Below, one piece after another: positions 1 through 12,300 of a stretch of 64,000 nucleotides of DNA. Location: assembly GCF_003704095.1 (NCBI RefSeq), contig NW_020847159.1, positions 62,001 through 126,000 of the forward strand. The letters are read 5' to 3'. Made by a program: the position numbers and the translations under genes. Numbering within the stretch: the stretch's first letter is position 1; each line of letters starts with the position of its first letter. The notes under the pieces were generated by a model. It was not told where the DNA came from. It did not search any database and saw only the letters and a program-made list of their open reading frames with translations. This DNA is from Pocillopora damicornis (Eukaryota).

Positions 1-26
1 CAAACTACATGGGATCACTTGTTTTC

Positions 27-126
27 NNNNNNNNNNNNNNNNNNNNNNNNNNNNNNNNNNNNNNNNNNNNNNNNNNNNNNNNNNNNNNNNNNNNNNNNNN
101 NNNNNNNNNNNNNNNNNNNNNNNNNN
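27..126. other. Assembly gap (100 N); probably hides the last exon of the minus-strand lectin
   Basis: Run of 100 N. Bases 1-26 are the reverse complement of the + lectin 3' UTR (~6000-6025), and 127 onward matches its last intron. Confidence 0.95.
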
Positions 127-571
127 TACCACGGTTGGGAATTTTGCCAGTCGTGAATTTCGTCCCACCCCCTGTAATGCGCAAAGTTGGCAAAACAATT
201 TCAGGTACTAGGAATTGGTATTTAAGTAACATTGAACATTGGAAGGAGAGTAGAAGAACCCACGTTAGTTAAGTAACGTGGGCTAAATAGGATGTTTGTA
301 TCTCTTTTCAATGTAATTCATGCATGATTGCAGTTTCTTTAACTCAAATGGTGATCTCTGGCAAACTTCTTTGTGTAAAATGGAGAGGGGGGGGGAATGT
401 GATGTTGTCGTCGTTCAAAACTGTCCAGTCCAGCATTTAAGGGCATGGTAGTGTGTTTCTTGATCAATCATTCACTTTCCATGAAAAGATACGCCCCTGG
501 TAATTTTTAGATCAAAGTTTTGTTTGGTGAGGACTGATAATATCTAAAATAATACAGTGAAACATAATCAC

Positions 572-1387
572 CTCCAAATACTTCTTTGTCCCACGGCAAG
601 GATCGCCAAACTGGCTGTTTGTTGCCTGCAAAAAGCAGCTTCGCTTTCCCTGGCACTTGCTCCTCACTTTATCAATCGACCCAGCAGCTCCACAGTTTGT
701 GGTTTTAACTGGTCCCCAACAGATGTGCCGACCAGTTAAACGACCGTAATTCGCCGACATGATATCGATTTTCTTCGAGGCGGGGCACGAAATGTGCTGT
801 GACCGTCCTTCGCAGATGCGAACGAGCTTATTCTCAGCGCAAAGAACAGTTTTTCCCACACATTCGTACTTCACCTGTGTATGGAAATAGGAACATCTTA
901 TTTTTACAAATTTTACCGAAACAGAACGAGTTTGATATTAGTAAGAGATCTGGATAAAGATCAATGTCCTTAAACGATTATTCGGAAACTGCTTGTGGTT
1001 GAGTCGCGATTGGCTGGCTGGTAACCAATCAATAATCACACTAATGAGGTCACTCGTATCAAAGTTACCATGAACTAAACAATTTCACAGTTGCAAAAAA
1101 AAATAACATTAATCTCTGGAAGCAAGTATTGAAGTGATCCATATCGATTGAATTTTACATGTGAAAAATATATTAGTTATTATTTGCAACATGAGAACTG
1201 GAGCGAATATTTATAATCTAAGTCTTAAGTTGTCCTTCCTTGAGGTGAACTCACCTTTAGATATTTGAAGGTTCCAACACAGGGGTCACCAAACGCTTCG
1301 TTCTTCGCGTACAGAGTACATCTCGTCTGTCCTTGACATTCGTATCTAGCGACGCTCATGGAGCTACCAGCATGGCAGTTTGTGCTT
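572..1387 (-). CDS. Rhamnose-binding SUEL-type lectin, inverted paralogue (partial; two domains visible)
   Basis: Exons 1387-1255 (..STNCHAGSSMSVARYECQGQTRCTLYAKNEAFGDPCVGTFKYLK) and 874-572 (VKYEC...SANYGR...DPCRGTKKYLE), joined by a GT-AG intron. Introns closely match those of the + copy. The 5' end and the last exon fall in N gaps. Confidence 0.88.
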
Positions 1388-1487
1388 NNNNNNNNNNNNN
1401 NNNNNNNNNNNNNNNNNNNNNNNNNNNNNNNNNNNNNNNNNNNNNNNNNNNNNNNNNNNNNNNNNNNNNNNNNNNNNNNNNNNNNNN
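1388..1487. other. Assembly gap (100 N) hiding the 5' part of the minus-strand lectin
   Basis: Run of 100 N that interrupts a lectin exon. Confidence 0.95.
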
Positions 1488-2714
1488 CAATTTCTATTGG
1501 AAAATATTTTACCTTTATTTAGAATCCTCAAGCGCCTCTAGAGAGTGAAAAAACTCGAACGTTGTCCGTTTCGCCGATCCTGTTAACAGAGTATGTAGAG
1601 ATCCAAGCGTGTCACTTAAAAAAATTTCTCTTCGGACTTTACTGGATAAAAATTCAAAATACTGTAGGGAAACTGTAAAATGACGAACGGTTAATGTATT
1701 TACCGTAAAACAATTGACTATATGTACAGGATAGCTCTTGAGAAAGACGATTTTAGAACCGGGTTTTCAGTAATCTTGGAATTTCGAGTCACAGGAAATT
1801 GGTTCGCGGCGCGCGTTGCATCAAGGGTGAAAATGGGCCTTTAAGTAGTCATAACGACAAGTAAAAAAAACAAACAATAATATTCCACAGGTATTTTTAG
1901 ATAAAGCAATTACATAACAGCCACATGTGAGTATTTCTAAATTTCCAAGTTAGTTTTTATGTAGTGACTCACATCAGTTTTTCTTTCCTCAAAAAGAGAC
2001 CCTTTAGAGAACTGATACAGTAAACCACCAAAACAAAAAATCTTATCATATTAGTGTGTGATATTTGTACGTGACTTAACAAAAGTGACAGTGTTTATAC
2101 GAAACATTCAAAATAAATTATTTACTTACGTGGAAAATGTTAAATAACATCTAAGCTTAGATGAGATTCCTTGTATTTAGAAAATGTTCAAACAAAGCCC
2201 TTTGGTAGTCTTCTAAAGATGCACACATAGTTTCTCTCACCACAGTGTCGTTGACGCATTAGACAACAGATCAGAAATTTCAGGGACTTAGAGAGACTGT
2301 TTGAAAACAAAGCAATTAGGTGAGAAGGAAATTTTTCTCCAATTGAATATTTCATCATGAGCTAAGCGAACTCCGGCTCAAAAAAACTTGATCTAAGCTT
2401 ATCCGACTAGAAAACTACGCAATAAAATTTAAACGACCTCATTAAGTCTCGAACTTTCAATCTATAAGATACAATAAGAGGCGTTACATGCGGAAACAAA
2501 AAAAGGTTGGAATGTGTCTAAAAAAATATATCCTTCCACAACTGAAGACATTTTAACTGTTGATTACGAAGAAAATATTCTTATTTCTAAGAAATCAAAA
2601 ATTATTATCTCATTAATTTCACTGAACTTGCAATAATTGTATATATTTGCTCTAAGAAGTCTAAGAACGCTTCATGATTTTCAGATTTCTTTCAGGTTCA
2701 AGTCGAAAGGAAAG

Positions 2715-5700
2715 ATGTTGGGTTTTTTAACTCTCTCCCTCCTTACAGTGGCGTTTGCCAATCCAGGTATAGTTTCCAGTAAAAAAAAGGCTTGATATTA
2801 CCCCTCGTTTTTTTGGTTAAGTAAACTGAAATATCCTGATCTCGGCCATTCTTCGAACTCACCAAAATCACACTCCAGATCTCTTTAGAAAGAAGTTATG
2901 GACACGAAGGAGAGGCTTAGAAATTTTCAGGATTCCAAAAAAATCATAGCCGAGATATAATACCAAGATAATATCACAGAACAGGTAATAAGAAACGTGG
3001 ACGGGTTCGACTTAAGAGAAGGAACTTTTAACAGACACATTTGCAGTAAATTTTGACATGTTTAGTCTTTATCTCAGTTTCCCGGCTAGGAATTCAAAAT
3101 TTCACTTACAAAGCACAAGAATCATCGTTGTATATTGTGGCCGTAATTTATCAATCAGAAAATGTAGTTTTTCTCCTAATTTAAACAAAGATGAAAAAAG
3201 ATCAATCTCTCGGACACATTAACCGAGCCCCTACGTGATGCTCTCTCTTTTTGTCACAGCGGAAAAGACAGTTTGCGAACATGAGCACATGACAATTGAC
3301 TGCAGAGGGTTAGACATCAATATATTGAGCGCATCCTATGGCCGCACCCAACAAGGTGTCTGTGATCGAGGGGGAAGCACAAACTGTCATGCTGATAGCT
3401 CCATGAGCGTCGCTAGAAACAAATGTCAAGGACAGACAAGGTGTACTTTGGACGCGAAGAACGAAGCGTTTGGAGACCCCTGTGTTGGAACCTTCAAACA
3501 TTTAACGGTGAGTTCACCTTGAAGAAGGACAACTTAAGACTTAGATTATAAATATTCGCTCCAGTTCTTATGTTGCAAGTAATAGCCAATATAATTTTCA
3601 CAAGTGAAATTCAAACGATATGAATCACTTCAATAATTGCTTCCAGCAATTAATGTTATTTCCTTTTTGCGACTGTGAAATTGTTTAGTTCATGGTACTT
3701 TGATACAAGTGACCTAATTAGCCTGATCACTGATTGGTTACCAGCCAGCCAATCGCGACTCAACCACGGGCAGTTTCCGAATAATCGTTTAAGGACATTG
3801 ATCTTTATCCAGATCTTTTACTTAAATAAAACTCGTTCTATTCTGGTAAAATTTGTAAAAATAACATGTTCCTATTTCAACACATAGGTGAAGTACGAAT
3901 GTGTGGAAAAAACTGTTCTCGTTCGCATCTGCGAAGGAAGGTCACAGCTGATTTCGTGCCCCGCTCCGAAGAAAATCGATATCACGTCGGCGAACTACGG
4001 TCGTTTAACTGGTCCGCATCTCTGTCCGGGACCAGTTAAAACCACAAACTGTGGAGCCGCAGGGTCGATTGATATAGTGAGGAGCAAGTGCCAGGGAAAG
4101 CAAAGCTGCTTTTTGCAGGCAACAAACGGCCAGTTTGGCGATCCTTGCGTTGGGACAAAGAAGTATTTGGAGGTGATTATAGTTCAGATCTTTTAACCAA
4201 AATCAAACTCGTTCTGTTTCGGTAAAATTTGTAAAAATAACATTTTCCTATTTCAATACATAGGTGAAGTACGAATGTGTGGAAAAAACTGTTCTCGCGC
4301 ACATCTGCGAAGGAAGGTCACAGCTGCTTTCGTGCCCTGCTCCGAAGAAAATCGATATCACGTCGGCGAACTACGGTCGTTTAACTGGTCCGCATCTCTG
4401 TCCGGGACCAGTTAAAACCACAAACTGTGGAGCCGCAGGGTCGATTGATATAGTGAGGAGCAAGTGCCAGGGAAAGCAAAGCTGCTTTTTGCAGGCAACA
4501 AACGGCCAGTTTGGCGATCCTTGCGTTGGGACAAAGAAGTATTTGGAGGTGATTATGGGTCAGATCTTTTACAAAAATCAAACTCGTTCTGTTTCGGTGA
4601 AATTTGTAAATTTAACATATTTCTATTTCAATACACAGGTGAAGTACGAATGTGTGGAAAAAACTGTTCTCATGCACATCTGCGAAGGAAGGTCACAGCA
4701 GATTTCGTGCCCTGCTCCGAAGAAAATCGATATCACGTCGGCGAACTACGGTCGTTTAACTGGTCCGCATCTCTGTCCGGGACCAGTTAAAACCACAAAC
4801 TGTGGAGCCGCAGGGTCGATTGATATAGTGAGGAACAAGTGCCAGGGAAAGCAAAGCTGCTTTTTGCAGGCAACAAACAGCCAGTTTGGCGATCCTTGCG
4901 TTGGGACAAAGAAGTATTTGGAGGTGATTATGGGTCAGATCTTTTACCAAAACAAACTTGTTCTGTTTCGGTAAAATTTGTAAAAATAACATGTTCCTAT
5001 TTCAATACATAGGTGAAGTACGAATGTGTGGAAAAAACTGTACTCGTGCACATCTGCGAAGGAAGGTCACAGCATATTTCGTGCCCCGCTCCGAAGAAAA
5101 TTGATATCAGGTCGGCGAACTACGGTCGTTTAACTGGTCTGCCTCTCTGTCCGGGACCAGTTAAAACCACAAACTGTGGAGCCGCGGGTTCGATTGATAT
5201 AGTGAAGAGCAAGTGCCAGGGAAAGCAAAGCTGCTTTTTGCAGGCAACAAATGGCCAGTTTGGTGATCCTTGCGTTGGGACAAGGAAGTATTTGGAGGTG
5301 ATTATGGTTCACTGTGTTATTTTAGATATTATCAGTCCCCACCAAACAAAACTTTGATCTAAAAATTACCAGGGGCGTATCTTTTCATGGAAAGTGAATG
5401 ATTGATCAAAAACACACTAGCATGCCCTTAAATGCTAGACTGGACAGTTTTGAACGACGACAGCATCACATTCCCCCCCCCCCTCTCCATTTTACACCAT
5501 GAAAATTGCCAGAGATCACCATTTGAATTAAAGAAACTACAATGTTGGGTGAATTGTATTGAACACTGATACAAACATCCTATTTAGACTTCCAACCTAC
5601 TTAACTGGCGTGGGTTCTTCTATTCTCCTTTCAATGATGGATTTTACAAAAATACGAACTCTTGGTACCTGAAGCTGTTTTGTCAAATTTACGCTTTGCA

Positions 5701-5965
5701 GGGGGTGGGACGAAATTCACGACTGGCAAAATTCCCAACCGTGGTAACCAAGGTTGTAACTCACTCATTGTGAGGAAAATTTCATTATGATCAATTGGTC
5801 TTCAAAAAACTTACACAAGGCGAGACTTACAATTGCACAACAACCTTGAACCTAAGCAAAAAGCTAAACAGACTAAAGCATGAACAAACCTGGAGGACAT
5901 ATAAAAGAAACTAACTTGCAATTAATCGTATCGTTTCACAGATCAAATACAGATGTGACTGGTAA
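2715..5965 (+). CDS. Secreted L-rhamnose-binding lectin, 5 tandem SUEL/Gal_lectin domains, ~487 aa
   Basis: Exons 2715-2766 (signal peptide MLGFLTLSLLTVAFANP), 3260-3507, 3888-4172, 4264-4548, 4639-4923, 5013-5297 and 5942-5965 (IKYRCDW*). All are GT-AG and frame-consistent. Each domain has the A-x-YGR and DPCxGTxK(Y/H)L motifs and the SUEL cysteine pattern. Confidence 0.93.
3810..5311 (+). repeat. Tandem array of 4 near-identical ~375-bp intron+exon units
   Basis: 285-bp exons start at 3888, 4264, 4639 and 5013, separated by introns of 91, 90 and 89 bp. Confidence 0.95.
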
Positions 5966-6285
5966 AGGATTCCACTGAGTATTCCAAGCGTCAACCAGTG
6001 AAAACAAGTGATCCCATGTAGTTTTTGTAGTTTACGTATCAGGGACCATTAAAAATAATTTTCGACGCCAATGAATGTCTCCGTGTATTCGTTTCTTTGT
6101 GGAAGTATTGATAGCGTTCCAGCGGGTCATTTTTGGTGTTTTACATGCTCGCCGATTTGGGACGAGTTGGGGAGAGGTTTACTGGGGATCTGGCACTAAC
6201 AATTTCCTCATTACTAGTGCCACCTCTCTCGCTCGCTTGTACTGTTCAAGGCCTCACATTCGCTGGCGTGCACCGATGTGCCACT

Positions 6286-6483
6286 AAACCTTTAACCCCT
6301 AAGAGTGTCTCGCATTTAATTTCTCCTTACCATATCACTCCTGAATCAAAAAATTGAGGTCAGGAGAATAAAGGAGCTGATCACCCACCAAAAAAGCTCT
6401 TGATTGTTAGACAAATTCTCCATGTCGGCATCTCAGGAAATGCTTAGAGAACAGTGTGTAGAATATGCATAGTAAAGGATTAA
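6286..6483. mobile_element. ~200-bp TTAA-CCCT...AGGG-TTAA MITE, subfamily A (piggyBac-like ends)
   Basis: Same internal sequence as copies at ~11250-11450, 13487-13698, 13703-13914, 37692-37825, 44712-44900, 46741-46910, 60731-60940 and 63090-63284. Ends are TTAACCCTT/AAGGGTTAA-like. Confidence 0.8.
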
Positions 6484-6914
6484 TTAGGGCCTGTTCGCAA
6501 GTTAAAGTGTTAAATTTTGTTAAGATTATTCCAGCAGGAATCCTGGCAAAATCCCATCAGGCTCCAGGGAGGAATCCTGCGCAATGCGTGATACAGTTGT
6601 TTAAGTGTAGGTCAGTAATGGCTCCCGTGTAAAGCCTAAAAGTCAGAGAGGGCGAAACTTTCGAGGCGGGGTTCAGATTTAAGTTGAGGGTATATTTACA
6701 CTCTTTTAAAACTTTCGGGTTTTTTTTAACCATTGGTGGATGTTAAATGGAAATTTCAAAACTTTGTTAGAAAAGTGTTTTTGACTGAATAATACCCACT
6801 AGTAAACAACAAACTATCGCTTTCTTTATTTTTGCTCCCACTTCCCGCCCTCTCTCGCCCCCTGTTCTCCCGAGCTCCCGCCCCCCTGTCCCCCTCCACT
6901 ATCTCAGTGTTACT

Positions 6915-7690
6915 AGGTACCTTTTCAGGAACGCTAAGTTTCCTATCAGTATCCTGATAAGATCCTTATGAGAATCCCACGTTGATGCCGGGGAGATTCC
7001 AGTAGGATCCCAGAGGGCTGCAAAGATATTGTATGGGTGTACCTTTTCAGAAACGTTAAGTTTTCTGTCAGTATTCTGGAAGAGGTTGCGTGACGCGTGA
7101 TGGCCCCAAAATTTGCGAGATAACTAATGAGCCATATATGAGATCAAACTACGAAAAAATTGTCAAAACTACGACTACTGACTTATTAAACAATAAACTA
7201 TGATGACTATGATGCCGGGACGAACACCTCAGGTGTTAAATCTGTGTGCGATACTAGTAAAGTACGATTTGATATTGCGATACGAAGCCTAAGTAAACGC
7301 TCTCAGGGCGTCTAGTTTCAACAAGTAAGTCGTCTTTATTTTTCTGGCATAAAGCAATATGACAAGTGATACGCAATTCATTCCAGGATAAGAAAGGTTA
7401 GATGCAATATAATTTTTAATCATACATCCGATAGGTTGAAATCTTACAGTATTAGCTTGGCGGACTTACTCCTTTTTATGTGACGTGTGATTGGTTAAAA
7501 AAAATTTCCGTGATGCGTGATTTAGTAGAAAAATTCAGCGTGATGTGTGACTGGAACCCCCTCTTTGTCACCCTCCAGGCAAGATCCTTATGAGGATCCC
7601 ACAGTGATGCCGTGAGGATTCCGGCAGGATCCCAGCGGGTTGCAAAGAGCTTTCGAACGAGGTACCTTTTCAGAGACCCTAAGTCTATGT
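6915..7690 (+). repeat. ~120-bp tandem repeat (GTACCTTTTCAG...GATCC-rich) interrupted by a ~500-bp GCGTGA-rich insertion (~7080-7578)
   Basis: A unit is seen at ~6917-7037. The next unit breaks at ~7079 and resumes at ~7579 (caagatccttatgag). Confidence 0.65.
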
Positions 7691-9311
7691 CACTTTGGAC
7701 AGTTTCATTTAACACAGACGGACTACCATCTACCACTTTAGTAGTATCCGGTGGGCGTTTATTCGCAGTTTACTCACGTAACTACAAAATTAATGCACAT
7801 ATATGGAAAAACACACGCAACCCCGACTGACACTTGTAGGAAATTTTTTCCTTTTCAAAGTCATAATTAATTTCATAGGGAGGTAGTTTCTCGCTTCAAG
7901 ATTATAATCATGACGCGCCCTGCTAAAAAAAATCGCATTAGTGAAAAGAAACACAATTTTGGAGTTGTCTTTCTTGGGCGGGAATTACTTAATTTTCTTA
8001 CTAGGACAACTGTCGAATATTTTGCCAATATTTTCGGAGGCTTTTAGGCGGTAGCTCTCCCCTTTGAGTTCCGAAAAAAGTAGTAAAATGATGATGATGT
8101 TAAACACCATTTAATTTCTCGTCAGACCGCACAACATCCCTACAGGAAAACAAGTCTTGAAGACATCTTTCAATACTGTGAGATATAGGGCAAGGACGAC
8201 ACCGCACCGGAAAATCGGTGTTCATGAACTCTCAGAAAGCTTTCGTTGGGTTCGGCTTTAGCTGAGCGGGTCTGTACTTTAAAACAAAAATGCGTTCAGG
8301 TGTGAGATTTAAAGTTAAGATTTCAAATTACGCGACTTTGAGATAAAGGTTTAATTTGATTAAATCTATCTCTGCAAAGTGAAGATAAGCGCATGTCGGT
8401 CCGATATCTAAAATTTGGTTTTATAATTATGTCACGTTTCATCCGTCTTACATCACAGTTCACTTCAATCGCTTGACAGGGTCAGGCTAAACATCTCTTT
8501 TGTCGTATCAGGTATACTTCTCATTTGCGGCAAGATATCATAGCCGTTCTGCGGAGGGCACCTTATTATGTAGTAGGTAATAAGGTGTCATAATTCTCAC
8601 TATATCATGAAGACAAATGCTTATCAAGCACACATCCTGTTATCGCTCCTACTTCGGGGAGTTCACGCGATTTACGCGGGTTTCGCGGCGCCATTTTTCT
8701 TGTATTTTAAATTTCGAGTTATCAAGAGGTTCCGGAATTTGTTTACATTCTATTCGCCGTGTTTATTCTGATATTCTCTTTAAGGCTTCGCTTGGGAAAA
8801 ATTACGCCACTCTTAGTACAGAGCAGAGGCGACATTATTCCTTGTGTAAAAGTCGCACAAAAGTCGGAATGCGCAAAACATTGAGGAAGGGGGAGGCACT
8901 CATTTGATTTGTGGGGTATATCCTCCCTAGTCAAACTGTGAATTTCCGTTAAGTTATTTGAAGCAGTTGAGGGAACTTTCAGAAAATTTCAATGATTCTT
9001 GAGAAAATCAAGACATACCGAAACAACTAGCCAGTGAAATAAAAATATTCACGACTTGCGTCTTAAAACCTAAAAATCTGTCTACCCCTCTAAGATATTT
9101 TAAATAACTTCCCTACCACCTACGGGCATGTTATAGGCATTACTCAAGTTTGTTTTTGTGATCAGTCAAAATCAATCATCAGCACTGTGTGCGTAACTAC
9201 TCATTATCGTAAAGCGTCGCGACCGCCTGTTCGCCACACAACGTTACTTGAAGCCTCGAATCTTCAGCATAAGACGTGAAAGAAGGAGAGAGAGAGAGAG
9301 AGATCGTTCCG

Positions 9312-12300
9312 ATGTTGCCCAAAAAGTTTTCTATAGTGGTAGATTTAGGATGTTTTCTGATTGTAAGTATAGTAAATGCCTTTTTGGCACTCATAACCCC
9401 TCCATTCAGACGTGGGTTTTTTTGCAATGATGACAGCATTAAATACCCGTTCGTCAATGAGGAACTTCTTCCCACTTGGACGTTGCTGTTAGTTTCAGTT
9501 ATTCTACCGGTTTTTACGGTAAGTGTTTCTGTTTCAATGTCATTTTATTAAAACAGTGTTGAAATATGTTGTTAGTGATGCTAAGAACACCTTTAAACAA
9601 TAAACAACGCACTCGATTATTCCATTGATATTAATGTCCGCTTATTGTCGAATTAACTCGTGAATTAGCGCATTCCGTGACGAATATTGTTTAAGTTATA
9701 AGCATCGAGGCCATTAGGAGTCACAAAAGCTTCTTTTCACGTTGTAAGCTAAGATTTAAAAGCAATATTAGAGACGAAAAACAATAAAGGATTAAATAAG
9801 ATGCCGTATTAAAGAGCCCGGCGCTTCCTGTGGTAACTCAAAGGGTCTAAAAACATCTCACGTTTACCATTTTTGGGTTTCCAACTGTTTGAACTATTTC
9901 AATCCACAAGTTAAGTAGTGGTTAAAATAAGACTATCGTTTTCACGATTTGAAGTTAGAGAGTTATTGAATCGCAAAATAAGAATGAAAATTTAGCTAAC
10001 AAACCGATTATTGACTGAAGGGAACAACAACACTAGCGCATGAGGAAGTTTCTTTTGAATTTGTTGCCTTGAATTCAAAGATTTCTAAAGGATTGTTTCT
10101 CTCGTTGATAAGCTTCTACCATGACAGTAAATTGATTTCTTGAAGAAATTTCTCACGGATTATCGAGAAATGAACCCGAAACATACTAGTGAGCAATGGC
10201 TGACGTCAGACACGCTGTGAGGGAAAGGGGAGGGGGTCTGAGGGGAGTGGCATTGGGAGAAGTGAAATTTGATTCCCTATTCTTCTCTCCTGTGGGAAAA
10301 ATCTCTGGGAAAAGTACAGATATCATTTGATCTGGGTTGGACGAGTTCAGATGAGTACTTCCCTTGTGTCAGCTGATATACATTTTGTTGTAAATTTGGG
10401 AATTTGATGTTTCATGACTTTTCTATGCTGAGAAGTTACATGTCAGTTACTTCTGGCATCTTAACATTAACAGCTTATTTAGGATTTTGTTTTAGTTTTT
10501 CTGTCTTGTATGCAATGTAGACCTTTTCCCACAGTAAATACTTGACACACCTTTTTCCTATTTTTTTGGTTTACATTTTCTGATAAGAATTATTTAGCTT
10601 TACTAAAATATGACCTTGGCTTCAGGATATTGAAAAAAAAATTGAAACACTAAGAAACACTCCTCTTCAGCCAAACTGGTCCAATATTTGATCATTTTGA
10701 AGGATTAATACTTCACTGTCATGGATCATGTAAATTATATCTTCTAGATGTATTCAATCTTAATTTATCACTGCTGTAGTTATTTTAATGTTGCCACAGT
10801 CAATAAATCCATCAAAAATCAAAATAGCTAGGGAAAATTGCCAGCTCTCATCACAGTTTATTGCAGTTGAATAATATCAGATCATTAACAGTCATAGCTA
10901 AAATTGTATTTTTTTTAACTGAATTAGATCATCATTTGCGAAGTTGGAAGGCAATACCAAAATGGTCAAAATACCAAAAGAGAACAATATCAGAACAGTG
11001 AAAACAGCACTGTCTGCGGGTCATGCATGAAAAAGCCGTTATTCCAGAGGTAACACAAATACAATGATTTTATTATGGTAACAGCACTGGGTGGAGATAT
11101 ATTCAGTCTGTGATCATACAAGTGATTGATGCAACCAGACAACTGCTAGGCAGTAGTTAGATTTGTTAATCTTGTTATATCATTACAGATTGAATTGGAA
11201 GACACAAAGTCCTGCAACCAAATTAGAGATGAAGTGTCTATTGATTTTCTCTTTAAGACTACAAAGCAACTGGCTTCTAATATCTCCTTACAATATCACC
11301 CTTGAATCAAACAGAAAGGTTATCAGAATAAAGGAAATGATCACCACTTTAAAAAGCTCCAGATTGTCAAACTATTTCTCCTTGTCAGTACCAAGGGAAT
11401 ATAGAGAAGACAGTGTGGAAAACATGACTACCAATGTTAGAGTGTTGAGCATATTCAGAAGTAAAAAAAACATCAGTGGTGACTTTTTTTTTACACAAGA
11501 AAATGCTCTAACAATGCACCCAATTTCAAGCATGACACACACGCTGTGTTATTAAAGCAAATTGAGCTGCTTATAACTAATTGCATTTAAGAATTTCATT
11601 ATAATTTTATTTAACTGTTTTATAAGTAAAACATATCAGAATGTGATGATAAATCATAGCCATAAGACCCACCAATCGGATTAATTTCTCCCAATTCTTT
11701 TCAGGTTATTTAAAACAATGTCTTTATTCTTATACGGCTCACTAATTAATCTGCTCATCACACTGCTTGGGAAGACATACGTTGGTGAATTAAGACCCCA
11801 TTTCCTGGCGTTGTGCAAACCAAACATGAGTCTAATTGACTGTAACCAGGGATACATTACAAACTATGAATGTACTGGCAGTAACCTTGATGCAATTGAA
11901 AAAGCCAGGTAAGAAACAGTGTTTAAAATATGTAATGTGAAATTAGGGAGATAAGTCCAGAAATGTATGCAGTAACAAAACTGGAAAAAATGCATCAAAA
12001 CTGTAAAATCTGCCAAGCTGACTTTGCTTTGACGTATTTGATGAAAATTCAACACAATTTTCAATTCCACCAAACTGATTTTCCTTTGAGGAATTTAACT
12101 AAAAATTTGCCAAAATTGTCAAATCCATGAACTTTCTCTTGGTTTGATGAAATTTTGCCAAATCTGCCATTTTCCCTACTGCATGTAATTCTGGACTTGG
12201 GTGAAATTAGGATCTGTCAAAACAAATTTAGAAATATTTTACTCATTGTATTAAGATATCATTATAACAAATCATAAATAAACGTTAATTAGTATTTATC

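Noticed and set aside
1488-2714. NF-kB sites in the lectin upstream region
   Set aside because: Only partial matches (e.g. ggaatttc), expected by chance in AT-rich DNA.
4264-4974. 236-aa ORF as a stand-alone gene
   Set aside because: It is read-through of a 90-bp stop-free intron between two lectin exons.
3810-5311. CRISPR-like or prokaryotic repeat array
   Set aside because: Units are spliceosomal exon+intron duplicates with no unique spacers, in a eukaryotic context.
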